From: Bacteroidia bacterium
GTDB lineage: Bacteria > Bacteroidota > Bacteroidia > SpSt-205
Assembly: GCA_026003235.1 (NCBI GenBank)
Contig: BPGW01000001.1
Location: forward strand, 24,224 to 88,223
DNA: 64,000 nt
Direction: 5' to 3'
Shown: one piece after another, positions 16,846-27,225 of the stretch
How positions within the stretch are numbered: position 1 is the stretch's first letter
Layout: every line of letters starts with the position of its first letter
Made by a program: the position numbers and the translations under genes
The notes under the pieces: generated by a model
What the model saw: the letters and a program-made list of their open reading frames with translations, nothing else
Database searches by the model: none
Told to the model about the DNA's origin: nothing

Positions 16846-17805
16846 TTACCCCACCTTCTTCAGGAAGTGCGAGCGTCGCTGCAAGAGCCGGTCCATCTGA
16901 TAGCGGCTTATTACGTGCACAAAGTAGGGCGAATGAAGGAGCTTTACATAGTAGTGGAGCGGACTGCTGGAGTGGGGGTATACCACGAGGTGAAAGGTGT
17001 TGCCCTTCCAAGGGAAGAGGCGCAATTCAGCCAGGGGTCCGAGGCCGGCCAGGGAATCAGGGTTAGCCAGATCCTCGGCGAAGAATTTGCCCGCATAAGC
17101 TAAGAGGTACTCTGCCACAGCGAGGGAATCCACGGGTTCACCGGTGGCCAAGGTCCAGGGAGCGTCATAGCGGGGCCGCTCCAGTCGCCAACTTTCGGCC
17201 GGGTCCCCCATCCAATCAAGCTGAATCGCTTGAAGGTCGGCTGCCCGCGCGCTAAAAAGGACGTTTTCCTGCCAGGCGCTCAGGTCAGGATAATACCGGG
17301 TGGTCAAATAGCCTGTATGGCCCGGCAGGAAGACTTCGTACGGCTGGTCAAAGCCTTCCCGCAGCATGTAGGAAGCCGCTTGGTCTGGCGTAGGCCCTCC
17401 CACATAAAAGCGCTCTTGCCGACCGTCTGCAAAGACAAGGGTTACCTCTATGCGATGTTCCTTGAGGAAGCGCAGGACGTTGGCTCGGGCGGTTTCGGCC
17501 ACCGGCGCGCGCGGCTGCTGGCCCGCCAGCGTCTTGAGTAGCGTCTGAACCGGCTGCAGAAAAGCTTCCAGCGTATCCCCAATCCGCCACCCACGCGGGG
17601 TGCGCTTCAGATCCAGCTTCCGGAAAATCGTATCGTAGTGAAGCTCCACGAGATGAATCTCCACGATGGCTTGGGTGTCTGGAAAGGCAAAGGTGCGTTC
17701 GCGGGCTTGGCGCGCCTCTACCCAGCGATTTCCCCACACCACCACCACGATGCCCCCTACCAGCACCAGAAAAAGCCCAACCGAAGCCCAAAGGGAGTTT
17801 TTCAT
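16846..17805 (-). CDS. DUF4340-like protein (commonly follows gldG)
   Basis: From ORF 16846..17838, with the start at ATG 17805, which overlaps the gldG stop as ATGA. N-terminal TM helix (MKNSLWASVGLFLVLVGGIVVV). The family assignment rests on position and architecture, from memory. Confidence 0.55.
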   Translation of the reverse strand: MKNSLWASVGLFLVLVGGIVVVVWGNRWVEARQARERTFAFPDTQAIVEIHLVELHYDTIFRKLDLKRTPRGWRIGDTLEAFLQPVQTLLKTLAGQQPRAPVAETARANVLRFLKEHRIEVTLVFADGRQERFYVGGPTPDQAASYMLREGFDQPYEVFLPGHTGYLTTRYYPDLSAWQENVLFSARAADLQAIQLDWMGDPAESWRLERPRYDAPWTLATGEPVDSLAVAEYLLAYAGKFFAEDLANPDSLAGLGPLAELRLFPWKGNTFHLVVYPHSSSPLHYYVKLLHSPYFVHVISRYQMDRLLQRRSHFLKKVG

Positions 17806-19499
17806 ACGAGCGGTTTGCGATAGCGGTTTCTGCGCCAAAAGTACAGCCCTACGCCTACCGCGATCATCAAGACGAGAGGCCCGCCGAGATTCAGCGCCTG
17901 GATAAGGAGGGTATGCCTACGCAGCCATTCAGGATTTAGCCGGCGGATCTGGACGCTTCGGCTGCGCACTTGGGTCAAGGCTATTTCCCCTGTCAGGTAA
18001 TCCACACAGTTCAGGAGGAAGGTCAAGTTATCCAGGGGGGTGTAGTCGGCGCTGCGGCCCTGCACTTCGGCGGGCAGGGCCAGCTCGCCATCGGTGATGA
18101 GGATGGCCTTGCCCGGCAAGCCTGAACGAGGCAAAAACCGCGCCGTAGGAGGAGAAGGCGCAAACGCATCGGTCGGCGGCTCCCGGTCCTGAAAAACCGA
18201 CTCAAACACCCCCTCAGACAGCACAGCCATAGGTCGGAACCCCTTGCCCCGAAACGCTTCCGGCGAAGGAGGGCTTTTGAGCAGAAGGTTGATGTCAATG
18301 AGCTGAGTACCCTTGACCGATCGGCTAAGGGGTGAACTCAAGGCAAGGATCGTATGCCGAAGGCCTGGCCGAGGGAGCGTATCCACGCTGCCCGCATACC
18401 GAAAAAGCACCGCATCCACCGTACGGGTAATGGGGTGCGGCGGAAAGATGTACACGATGGGGTAATACAACCACTTCTCCGCTCCCCAAAGCGGGCCATT
18501 GTAGTAGCCGCGAATGACCTCAATATACCCGCAGGAAAAGTCTTGCACCAGATCGTAACCAGGCCGCCACCCCCACCGGAAAAACAAATCGTCCAGCCCC
18601 AACTCTCGCAGCTGCGTAAGGGCCGTGCTTTCAGAGAGGTTGATGCGCTGGAAATCCACCAGCCACAAAAGCCGCCCCCCCCGAAGGAGGTATTGCTCTA
18701 ATTCGTACTTCTCTCGTTCGGTGAAGGCGCTATCGGGGCCCAGCACCAGAATCGCCGCAAAACCCATCTCCTTGCAACTTTTTGCGGAGCGACTCAGGCA
18801 AAAAAGGCCTTAGCGGGGGGCCAGCGCTTGCCCTTCCCGCACCCGAACCGGCAGCACCCGATAAAAACGCTCAAGTTCGGCCTTAAGCTGCGGCATTTGG
18901 TCCATCGTGTACTCGCCATGGCCTGTCAGCACGCCGATAATCGGCTTCTCTCCGTATACCGCAATCTGGCGAAGGGCGGCCGCCATCTTGTATTCCACAT
19001 CTTGCTCGGCCTCTAAGAGGTCTATCTCGCCGGTGGGGCGAAGGTTGCCCTTTACAAGGTCCACCCAGATGTCCTGCAGCCCACAATGCACCACCGCAAG
19101 GGGATATAGGTACTGACGCCGGGTCTCGGTCTGGGAGACACGCACATGAATGGGGATGGGTTGGACGCCCTTGCGTTTGAAGAGCTGGAGCACCTCAGGG
19201 TTTTTTGCGGGATTGACGAAGGTGTAATAGAACGGCTTGGAGGAAATGGCGCGCATTTCCGCCAGCAGGGTCTCCACGGCCTTTTTGTAACGAGCTATGG
19301 GATAGGGAAAGTCCCCTTCAAGGTACACCGTCACATACACCGCCTGAGGGAAGGCGCTGAAGGAGGGTCCGAGTGCCCTGCGAAAGGGTATAACGCTTTT
19401 CTGCTGTGAGGTCGTAGCGAAAGAAAAAACCGTTGGACCAGGAGGGTTGAGCAGAATAAGGGCTGCCAGCCCTATGAGCAATCGGAGGAATGCCTTCAT
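17802..19499 (-). pseudogene. gldG: gldG (gliding-motility ABC-associated protein) interrupted by an in-frame TAA at 18810..18812
   Basis: ORFs 18810..19499 (N-terminal 229 aa) and 17802..18767 (C-terminal 321 aa) are in the same frame, separated by one TAA plus 14 sense codons. Together they make about 565 aa, with the GldG-like motif ...AILVLGPDSAFTEREKYELEQYLLRGGRLLWLVD just after the break and a C-terminal TM helix. ATGA couplings link it to gldF upstream and DUF4340 downstream. Confidence 0.7.
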
Positions 19500-20221
19500 G
19501 GGTGCCGCCGACTGAGCTGGAAATGGGCTAGTCCCAGCCCTCCCGCTATGACGCTGAAGAAGTAGGTCACATCCCGCAAATCCACCACTCCCCGGCTGAC
19601 GCTGCGGTAGTGTTCCATAAGGCTAAGCTGGGCTAAGAGCTCCTGGAGGAAGCGGCCTACGGGCAGCTCTGACGCAAACTCCAGCCCAATCAAAAAAACA
19701 AAGCCCCAGAAGAGTCCAAGCAGAAAAGCAACGATGGTATGCGTCGTCAGGGTAGAAGCCCAGATGCCGAGCGCGGCCAGGGCCAGGCCCAGCCCGAAAA
19801 GACCGATGTAGGCGCCTTGGATGGCGCCATGATCCACTTGCCACTGGGGCTGCGCCAGCCACGCAATAGACAAGTAAAACACCCCTGTCGGCACCAGGGC
19901 AAAGGCCAGCACCGTCGCCACCGCCAAGTATTTGCCTAACACGATTTCCCAGCGGGACAAAGGTGCGGTGGCCAAGAGTTCATACGAGCCGGTGCGAAAC
20001 TCCTCGGCAAAACTTCGCATGGTGAGCGCTGGGGCCAGGAAAAGCAAAAACCATGGCGCCACCGAAAAGAAGGCTTCCATTTCTGCGGCGCCTGTCTGGA
20101 CTACCCCCCCCGCAAAAACCCACACAAATAGCCCTGTTCCCACCAGGAAAAGGCCCCACACCAGGTAAGCCGTGAAGGAATAGAGGAGGGCGAAAGTTTC
20201 CTTTCGCCAGAGCGCCCACAT
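19496..20221 (-). CDS. gldF: Gliding-motility ABC transporter permease GldF
   Basis: From ORF 19496..20329, with the start at ATG 20221 (MWALWRKETFALLYSFTAYLVWGLFL). ABC-2 type six-TM permease immediately upstream of gldG. Confidence 0.8.
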   Translation of the reverse strand: MWALWRKETFALLYSFTAYLVWGLFLVGTGLFVWVFAGGVVQTGAAEMEAFFSVAPWFLLFLAPALTMRSFAEEFRTGSYELLATAPLSRWEIVLGKYLAVATVLAFALVPTGVFYLSIAWLAQPQWQVDHGAIQGAYIGLFGLGLALAALGIWASTLTTHTIVAFLLGLFWGFVFLIGLEFASELPVGRFLQELLAQLSLMEHYRSVSRGVVDLRDVTYFFSVIAGGLGLAHFQLSRRHP

Positions 20222-20226
20222 GGGCC

Positions 20227-20234
20227 CAAAGTTA
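20227..20234 (-). promoter_or_regulatory. -7 motif TAACTTTG, 5 nt upstream of ATG 20221 (overlaps the MFS stop codon)
   Basis: Plus strand reads CAAAGTTA. Its last three bases are the TAA stop of the upstream MFS gene. Confidence 0.5.
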
Positions 20235-21635
20235 CTGGCTTGCGGGGATACGCTCGCTACGCAGGCGCACGTTGGGCAGAGCCGCCAAGGCTGCAAGCAA
20301 AAACACCCCCAGGACGGCGCTCCCTCCAAACACAGCCTTGAGACCCGGCAGAAGGTGCCCTCCCAGCCCTTTTCCCATCAGGAAGAGCGTGTTCAGAAAG
20401 GCCAGCCCGATCGTAGAACCCACCTGGCGAGCGAACTGAATGGCGCTGGTGACGGACCCTATCCGCTGGACAGGAGCATCGTTCTGACCTACGACACTAA
20501 GAAGGGCCTGAAAAGGGCCCAGTAACACCCCTCCGACCACCATGATGCTCAGCAGGGGCCCCAGCGAAAAGGTGGCCGGCAAAGTCAGCGCCGCAACAGC
20601 AAGCAGGAGCCCCAGAAGAAGGGCGCTTCCAACCAGAACCGGCTTGAAACGACCGTGTCGGCTTACCCAGGCTCCGACCGCCCCCGTACTGCCGACCGCC
20701 CCGACCGTGAAAGCCAGGAGAAGGACCCCACTCTCAGAGGGAGAATACCCCAAAACGCCCTGTAGATACAGGGGAAAGAAGGTCACCCCCCCCAGAAAAA
20801 TCGGCCCGAAAAAGAACCCTGCGAGCGCCGCGTACCGGAAAGTACGCAGCCGAAAAAGGGACAGATCAAAGAGGGGATCGGATCGCTGCCTCTCCAGGCG
20901 CACCCACCACACAGCCATAAGAAGGGCCACCCCCAGTAGAAGCCCCCCTACCCAGGTAGGAGCTATGCGTTCAGGCCCCCAGCAGGAAAAAGCCAGCAAC
21001 AAAGGAAACACCCATCCTACAAGAAGAAGCACGCCCCCCCAATCCATAGGTGCGGAGACAGGAGGCGGTTGATGGGGCATGTACCGCACGACAAAAAGCA
21101 GGGCCAGCGCCAGAAAAGGCAAGTTCACCCAAAAGGCCCAACGCCAAGAAAGGTGCTCAGCAAAGTAGCCCCCTACTACCGGTCCCACGGCTGAGGCTAA
21201 CCCAAATAGCGCTCCTACCACCCCGGCCCACCGGCTGCGTTCGCGGGGTGAGAAAAACCACGCCAGCGTCGTAAAGGTCAGCGAAAACAACGCTCCTCCT
21301 CCTACGCCTTGGAGGAACCGAAAAGCAAGAAGGCCAGTAAAGGTAGGCGCTGCCCCACATAGGGCCGATCCTGCCCCAAAAAGTAGAAGCGCCCCTACCA
21401 ACACGGCCTTTCGGGGGAAAATTTCCACCAGGCGTCCCGCCACCGGAGCGGCTACCGTACTGCCCAGCAGGTAAATAACCCCCACCCAGGCATACCAACC
21501 ATGCCCTTGGAGCTCGTGTACGATGCGTGGGAGAGCCGTAGCCACAAGGGTCTGGTCCAGCGCCGCCAGAAACAGCCCCATAAACACCCCCGCCAGCGTG
21601 AAACGCACTTCCCGACCAGGTGCCTGCCCCGTCAC
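20232..21635 (-). CDS. MFS transporter, DHA2 (14-TM, EmrB/QacA-like) family
   Basis: 467 aa with a GTG start. Motifs LDQTLVATALPRI and GRLVEIFPRK (motif A-like). About 14 hydrophobic helices. Confidence 0.88.
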   Translation of the reverse strand: MTGQAPGREVRFTLAGVFMGLFLAALDQTLVATALPRIVHELQGHGWYAWVGVIYLLGSTVAAPVAGRLVEIFPRKAVLVGALLLFGAGSALCGAAPTFTGLLAFRFLQGVGGGALFSLTFTTLAWFFSPRERSRWAGVVGALFGLASAVGPVVGGYFAEHLSWRWAFWVNLPFLALALLFVVRYMPHQPPPVSAPMDWGGVLLLVGWVFPLLLAFSCWGPERIAPTWVGGLLLGVALLMAVWWVRLERQRSDPLFDLSLFRLRTFRYAALAGFFFGPIFLGGVTFFPLYLQGVLGYSPSESGVLLLAFTVGAVGSTGAVGAWVSRHGRFKPVLVGSALLLGLLLAVAALTLPATFSLGPLLSIMVVGGVLLGPFQALLSVVGQNDAPVQRIGSVTSAIQFARQVGSTIGLAFLNTLFLMGKGLGGHLLPGLKAVFGGSAVLGVFLLAALAALPNVRLRSERIPASQ

Positions 21636-21640
21636 AGCCC

Positions 21641-21648
21641 CAAAGTTA
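21641..21648 (-). promoter_or_regulatory. -7 motif TAACTTTG, 5 nt upstream of GTG 21635
   Basis: Plus strand reads CAAAGTTA. Confidence 0.5.
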
Positions 21649-21653
21649 TCAGC

Positions 21654-22379
21654 TCAGTAACACCATCCGGTCAGAAACATCACCGACCCATTGTAAAAGC
21701 GGGTATCGGCCGGCTCCTTGAAGAGATTGACCACCCCTGCGAAAGCTCGTATCTCAAACACCATCTGTCCTCGCTTTAGGGTGTAGGCGTTGCCACCGCC
21801 CAGCCATAAGCCCACATCACCCCGCCGGAAAATCACCCGGTTGGATTCTATGGGGCCTTCGGATACGATGAGACGCGTCTGCGGAGGAAAACCAAAAAGA
21901 GGCAAAAAGTCCAGCCCCTCCAAAGCCACCTGCGTAGTGCCGTAATTGCGCGCAAAGAGCCGATACCCTCCATGCACCCCCACAAGGAAGTACGAGCGCA
22001 TCGGTGCGCTGTTTAGAAAGGCCCACTCCACCAAAAGGGGTACCTCCAACTGACCCAACTCTATCCGCCCCCGATTCGTTATGTGCACGATGTACTCATC
22101 CTGAAATCCCCCTACCGTGGTGTCCGCTTGACGGCTTTCGGTGGTTCGGTAGGTTGAGTTGCGCTGGCTGAAGTAGAGCCCACTCTGCAAGGCCCACCGA
22201 GAAGCCAGCTCATAGCGCAGTAAGAGCCCACCCGTAAACCCCGGCATGATGGTGGCTTCTTCTACAGGCTTATTGGTGCGGTAGGCGGGGATGTTTAGCC
22301 CGAGCTGAGCGCCCACACGCCAAGGACGCACGGACTGGGCCTGTAGCCCCACAAAAGTCAAGGCGACCAAAAGGCGCAT
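21654..22379 (-). CDS. Porin-family outer-membrane beta-barrel protein
   Basis: 241 aa. Signal peptide MRLLVALTFVGLQAQS, alternating beta-strand pattern, aromatic C-terminus (FLTGWCY). AGGAG lies 3 nt upstream of the ATG (22383..22387, minus). Confidence 0.6.
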   Translation of the reverse strand: MRLLVALTFVGLQAQSVRPWRVGAQLGLNIPAYRTNKPVEEATIMPGFTGGLLLRYELASRWALQSGLYFSQRNSTYRTTESRQADTTVGGFQDEYIVHITNRGRIELGQLEVPLLVEWAFLNSAPMRSYFLVGVHGGYRLFARNYGTTQVALEGLDFLPLFGFPPQTRLIVSEGPIESNRVIFRRGDVGLWLGGGNAYTLKRGQMVFEIRAFAGVVNLFKEPADTRFYNGSVMFLTGWCY

Positions 22380-22409
22380 TTTCTCCTAAACAAAATGCCC
22401 GAAGGGCGT

Positions 22410-24812
22410 TTAGAAGGGATAGCCTATGGCAAACACATACTGACTCCGAGAGCCCCCAAGGGGAAAATCACGCCTCACCCAACCGGAAGCGGGATCAAAT
22501 ACCTGCTGCGCCACATCCAGCCGGATCACCAGCACCGAAAAATCCCATCGCAGCCCTACACCGGCTCCTACACCTGGCAAAGGATTTTTCTCCAAGATAC
22601 CCCTTGGATCCTCAAAGTTGGTCACCGTTCCAAACCACACATTGCCCACATCTACAAAGGGGGCAAGCTGCAAACCCCGAAAGAGGTATTGCCGCAGCTC
22701 AACGTTGGCTTCGGCCAGGAAATTCCCCCCAGGAATAAGAAAAAGGTTCTGGGGAAAAGCGTAGCGACCAGGCCCTAAAGCCCCAAATTGCCAGGCCCGC
22801 ATGCTATTCGGTCCTCCTACAAAAAATCGGTTCTCAAAGGGGAGGTCAATCGTATAGTACAGCCCTTGCCCCATGCCGAGCCGAACTCTCATAAAGAGTT
22901 GCTGCTTGGGACTGAGCAAAGTCCGCCGATAACGCACTTCTGCCAAAAAGCGTAAAAAGACTCCGTAACGCAGCCTATTGAAGAGGAAATTGTCCCTGTA
23001 GGTGCTATCCCACTGGGGTCTTGTCAACACCATGAGGTGTTCCAGGAAGAAGGGCACGGCGCCCCCCAGCTCAATCAGCAGGGAGGAATAATCTCCATGG
23101 CCCTGCGTGCTTTGGAAGTAGTTGCGATTAGAGGAGACCTGCCATGCGGTAACCTGGGTGAGGCGAGGCAGATAGTCACGCAAAATGAGGCTTCGCACAA
23201 GGGGGGAGAGGGCTTCAATTTGGGCCTCAAAAACGGGGGAGAACCGGCTATCTACGAAAGTCACGCTGAAAGGGGTCCAAACCTGCTCTTCCTGGCGCCT
23301 GTCCTCAAAGAGAAAGCGGGTTCGTCGGCTCCAGGAAAAGGTGGCGTAGCGCCGAGAAAAGTCCACCTGGCGAACATCCTGGTAGGCCAGGGCAAGGTAT
23401 TGCTGATTTTGCGAGAGGGTGCCCGAAAGGGGCCGAGGTGCGGCGTTAGCCAGCCGCAGCGTTCGCTCAGGCAAGGTAAGCGTGAGTTCTCCGGCCAGGT
23501 TGTACAAGAAGAGGGGGGGAGCGTCAGGGGTCCTGCGGAAGTAACTCACAGCGGCCTGCCCCCGCATACGCAAGGGCCACCCCCGCCGGAAAAGCGACAG
23601 ATGGGCTACCCGAAGATTGGCGCTGGCACCAGGCAAGGGCAAACTCCCCAACAGGGGCTGCGTGGACTGAAAGCCTTCCACCCCCAGCGCCACTTCCAAG
23701 GGCGGCCGAACCACCACTTCGTATCGCACCTTGAGGGAATCGGCCCCTATGCCTTGAACCGAAGGGCTGACCCACTGGACCACTTCCAGGTTTTGCAAAG
23801 CCCGCTGAGAAGCCTGCACAGCTCGCTGGTCATAATAGGGCTGGGGTGGAAAGTACAGCCGATTCACCAGCACCGCCGGCTCTACTATCGTCCAAGCCCT
23901 GGGTTCCACCACCAGCCGAACCCCCCCTTTTTGACTAACCTCGGTCGGGGTGCCTTCTGAAGTATGCAAGGCGATCTCGCTGCCGGCCCACTTGTAGCGC
24001 TGCGCCTGGGCCGGTAAAACCAACGTAACTCGACAAGAAGGCCCCTCTTTTCGTTCTATACCCAGCCACCGGCGCAGAAGCCCCTTGGAAGAGGAGGTCG
24101 TGGGGTGGCCGGTCGTGGTATCTACCCGCCAAGTGAGACTACTCAGGGGAAGCCCGTAGTACCCCTCGGCCAGGAAGTGCTTGTGCAGCGCCTCTCGGAG
24201 CGCATCCAGGCGAGCCAGCCGGAACGGCTCTCCTACAGGAAGCCCTTGCCCTTCCAAGAAGCGACTTGCCAGCTGCACCAACGCCGTGTCCTTGCCCTCC
24301 GTAGCAAACTCTGTAATAATCCACCGAGGCCCCGGACGAATGCGGTAAATGACCTGCACATCGCTTCGGCTCAGGACCTTCACTTGGGGCTGGATGACCG
24401 CTTGAAAGTACCCTTCCCGGATATACGCTTCTTCCAGCAGGCGCACATCCTGATCCAGGGCTTTCTGCGAGAGGAGGGCGGGCGGCTCTCCCAGCTTTTC
24501 TCGCAGGGCTTGACCCGCTATGTAGGTGTAGTAGCGCAGCTTGGGCACCTGCCGGAGCTGCTTGTAAGGAAAGCGCGGGCTTTCCTGCAGGAGCAGGCCC
24601 CCAAAATAGAGCTGAAGCCCCAGCCGAATCCCCAAACTGCGGCTATTGCTACGCACATAGAGGGGTGGGGTCTCCTCCAGCACATGTCCCCGAAGAAGGG
24701 GTTCGCGAGCCACGAGCTGCTCGCCTGGGGCTAAAAATCGGCTTGGGGAGCAGGCCCCCAGGAACAGCGCCACGCTAATCCATCTCCACCGCTTGCCCTG
24801 CCGGCGCTCCAT
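22410..24812 (-). CDS. BamA/TamA-family (Omp85, surface antigen D15) outer-membrane protein
   Basis: From ORF 22410..24845; the start is either ATG 24812 or 24845. POTRA-like repeats followed by an Omp85 barrel (FFVGGPNSMRAWQFGALGPG, GVGAGVGLRWDFSVLVIRLDVA, C-terminal FAIGYPF). Confidence 0.8.
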   Translation of the reverse strand: MERRQGKRWRWISVALFLGACSPSRFLAPGEQLVAREPLLRGHVLEETPPLYVRSNSRSLGIRLGLQLYFGGLLLQESPRFPYKQLRQVPKLRYYTYIAGQALREKLGEPPALLSQKALDQDVRLLEEAYIREGYFQAVIQPQVKVLSRSDVQVIYRIRPGPRWIITEFATEGKDTALVQLASRFLEGQGLPVGEPFRLARLDALREALHKHFLAEGYYGLPLSSLTWRVDTTTGHPTTSSSKGLLRRWLGIERKEGPSCRVTLVLPAQAQRYKWAGSEIALHTSEGTPTEVSQKGGVRLVVEPRAWTIVEPAVLVNRLYFPPQPYYDQRAVQASQRALQNLEVVQWVSPSVQGIGADSLKVRYEVVVRPPLEVALGVEGFQSTQPLLGSLPLPGASANLRVAHLSLFRRGWPLRMRGQAAVSYFRRTPDAPPLFLYNLAGELTLTLPERTLRLANAAPRPLSGTLSQNQQYLALAYQDVRQVDFSRRYATFSWSRRTRFLFEDRRQEEQVWTPFSVTFVDSRFSPVFEAQIEALSPLVRSLILRDYLPRLTQVTAWQVSSNRNYFQSTQGHGDYSSLLIELGGAVPFFLEHLMVLTRPQWDSTYRDNFLFNRLRYGVFLRFLAEVRYRRTLLSPKQQLFMRVRLGMGQGLYYTIDLPFENRFFVGGPNSMRAWQFGALGPGRYAFPQNLFLIPGGNFLAEANVELRQYLFRGLQLAPFVDVGNVWFGTVTNFEDPRGILEKNPLPGVGAGVGLRWDFSVLVIRLDVAQQVFDPASGWVRRDFPLGGSRSQYVFAIGYPF

Positions 24813-26106
24813 AAAAGGCCCCCTTGTGATAAGAAAGCGAACCATTCACCCAGACGGCCAGCACCTGCCCCTGCAAGACCCGCCCCGCAAGAGGATGCCA
24901 GCGACACTTGCTGAAATGGCGCGGATCTAAGTGCGGAGGCACGATGGTTTGGCCCTCCGGGTCAAAAAGCACCCCATCAGCCCAATAGCCCTCTCTCAGA
25001 GGGCCCCGTTCCCGGAGGCGCCAGAGCCGGGCTGGAGCGTGGCAGGCCTTTTCTACCCAGAAGCGCAAGGGAAGGTGACGCGCCTGCCCTATTGTCCAGA
25101 GCCAAGGCAGGAGATACCCGTGGCTGGGCACCCCACTCGGCGCAAGAGGATAGGGCTGCTCCTTTTCCTGCCAAAGATGGGGGGCATGGTCGGTGCCCAC
25201 CACTTCCAGCGTACCGTCCGCCAGCCCCTGCCACAAGGCTTCGCGATCAGTTTCGTACTTGAGCGAAGGATTGCACTTGAGGAAGTTACGATAGGTGGGG
25301 AAATCCGCCGCACTCCAGGTCAGGTAAACGGGGCATGTCTCGGCCGACACATGCGAAGGGCGGCCCCGCAAAAGCGCCACCTCTTCTTGCGTGGTCACAT
25401 GCAGGATGTGAAGGGGGGTGGAAAACTCCCTCGCTACGCTCAGAAGCCAGCGGGTGCTCTCTATGCAGGCTTCGGAAGGGCGAGCACGGGCATGTAAGTC
25501 AGGCACGTCGTCCCATGTGCAGCTTTCCCAGCGCTGGCGCGCCGCCTGAATAAGCGCCTCGCTCTCGCTGTGAAAAAGAACCCGGACAGGACTCTCCTGC
25601 AGAATCCGCCGCACCACCGCCTCTTCCGTCACAAGGAGATCCCCTGTAGAAGAGGCCAGGAACACCTTCACCCCCGGCACCCGGCGAGGGTCCAGTCGCC
25701 TTAGCTCGGCCAGGTTGTCGGAAGTGGCCCCTACATAACACCCGTAATGGGTCCAGCTTCGGCCCTGCAAAAGGCGCATTTTTTCCTCCCAGCGGGCCAC
25801 GCTGGTGATAGGCGGGGCGGTATTGGGCATATCTAAGGTGGTCGTCACGCCCCCCGCCAACGCCGCCCGACTTTCGGTGAAAAAGGTGCCCTTATGCGAA
25901 AGACCCGGCTCACGAAAATGCACATGCGTATCAATGAGCCCTGGCAAGAGGTAAGCCCCCCTCGCTAAAAAGGTCTGGCCCGCAGCCCGATCAGGCACCC
26001 GTCCCAAAGCTGCCCAGCGACCTTCCTTTATCCAGGCGTCGCCCTCCACTTCGCCCTCCGGCAAAATCATCCGCACATCCCGCAAAATCCAGTTCATACC
26101 CGCCAC
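24775..26106 (-). CDS. Dihydroorotase-like cyclic amidohydrolase
   Basis: 443 aa. Metal-binding LIDTHVHFREPG, ...DHAPH..., TIM-barrel amidohydrolase layout. The choice of pyrC over allantoinase or hydantoinase is not resolved by eye. Confidence 0.78.
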   Translation of the reverse strand: MAGMNWILRDVRMILPEGEVEGDAWIKEGRWAALGRVPDRAAGQTFLARGAYLLPGLIDTHVHFREPGLSHKGTFFTESRAALAGGVTTTLDMPNTAPPITSVARWEEKMRLLQGRSWTHYGCYVGATSDNLAELRRLDPRRVPGVKVFLASSTGDLLVTEEAVVRRILQESPVRVLFHSESEALIQAARQRWESCTWDDVPDLHARARPSEACIESTRWLLSVAREFSTPLHILHVTTQEEVALLRGRPSHVSAETCPVYLTWSAADFPTYRNFLKCNPSLKYETDREALWQGLADGTLEVVGTDHAPHLWQEKEQPYPLAPSGVPSHGYLLPWLWTIGQARHLPLRFWVEKACHAPARLWRLRERGPLREGYWADGVLFDPEGQTIVPPHLDPRHFSKCRWHPLAGRVLQGQVLAVWVNGSLSYHKGAFYGAPAGQAVEMD

Positions 26107-27221
26107 AAAAGGGATGCATCCCCATAACTCAAAAACCGGAAACCCTTTTCAAGGGCATAGCCATACACCTGCTGGATACCCGAACGCCCAATAAAAGCCT
26201 CCACCAGCCCCAACAAGGTACTTTCTGGCTGGTGGAAGTTGGTCACCAGCGCATGAGCCACTTGGAAGGGATAGCCAGGCAGAATGTACAGGCTGGTAGA
26301 ACCCGAGAAAGGCTCCAGGGCTTGAAGCGCTTCTTTGAGGGGAGGCAAGGGCCGCAGCTCCTTCCAGACAAGGGCTGGCAGGGTGGGGACAGGTTCGCCT
26401 CGCAGGCGCAAAGCCCCAATCCAGTATAAGCTTTCAAGCAGCCGGAGGGTGGTGGTGCCTACGCACAAGATAGGCCTTTCACCGGCTTGTTGTAAGCGCT
26501 GGAGGGCTTCGGCGCTCACCGAAAAGGTCTCGGCGTGCATGGGGTGCGCTTCGGGGAGTTCGGGGGTGCGCAGGGGCAGAAAGGTGCCCAGCCCCACATG
26601 AAGGGTCACAGGCTGGGTCTGAATGCCCCTCTGGTGAAGTTTTTCCCAGACTGCGGGGGTAAAATGCAACCCCGCAGTAGGAGCCGCTACCGAGCCCGGT
26701 TCCCGAGCGTAAAAAGTCTGGTAGCGGGTTTTGTCTGCCTCTTCGGCAGGGCGCTTGAGGTAAGGCGGCAGAGGCACTTCCCCGAAAGTCTCCACCACTT
26801 CCAGGGCCGACAACGAGGAAGGCGTCCACTCGGCAAGGAAGAAGCCCTGCCGTTCGTCGGCTGGGCCTGCCCACCGAAGGAGAAGTCGGCGCTCGCCTTT
26901 TTCCCAGGCTGCTTCACCGCCTCGCCGCCAGAAGCGCCCCGGCCGGAAAAGCCCCTTCCACCGTTGGGGGGATCCGGCCTCCCAGCTGCCCTCCATGATG
27001 GCGGTAAGAAGAAACTCCACCCGGCCCTGCCGCAGACGCGCAGGCACCACCCGACTGTCGTTGTAAAAAAGAAGCGTATCGGGAGCCAGCCAGTCCGCCA
27101 AATTCAAAAAGACGTCCTCATGGAGCTGGCCCTGCTTGTAAATCAGAAGCCGGGCCGCATGACGCGGCTCCACAGGGTACTGAGCAATCCGCTCCGGCGG
27201 AAGCTCGTAGGTCCATAACAT
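26094..27221 (-). CDS. queA: S-adenosylmethionine:tRNA ribosyltransferase-isomerase
   Basis: 375 aa. YELPPERIAQYP N-terminus, PLPPYLKR, GSVAAPTAGLHFT, VGTTTLRLLES. Confidence 0.92.
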   Translation of the reverse strand: MLWTYELPPERIAQYPVEPRHAARLLIYKQGQLHEDVFLNLADWLAPDTLLFYNDSRVVPARLRQGRVEFLLTAIMEGSWEAGSPQRWKGLFRPGRFWRRGGEAAWEKGERRLLLRWAGPADERQGFFLAEWTPSSLSALEVVETFGEVPLPPYLKRPAEEADKTRYQTFYAREPGSVAAPTAGLHFTPAVWEKLHQRGIQTQPVTLHVGLGTFLPLRTPELPEAHPMHAETFSVSAEALQRLQQAGERPILCVGTTTLRLLESLYWIGALRLRGEPVPTLPALVWKELRPLPPLKEALQALEPFSGSTSLYILPGYPFQVAHALVTNFHQPESTLLGLVEAFIGRSGIQQVYGYALEKGFRFLSYGDASLLWRV

Positions 27222-27225
27222 GGCT

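Noticed and set aside
23037-23960. 307-aa plus-strand ORF
   Set aside because: It is antisense to the Omp85/BamA-like gene and has no recognisable domain, so I treat it as a shadow ORF.
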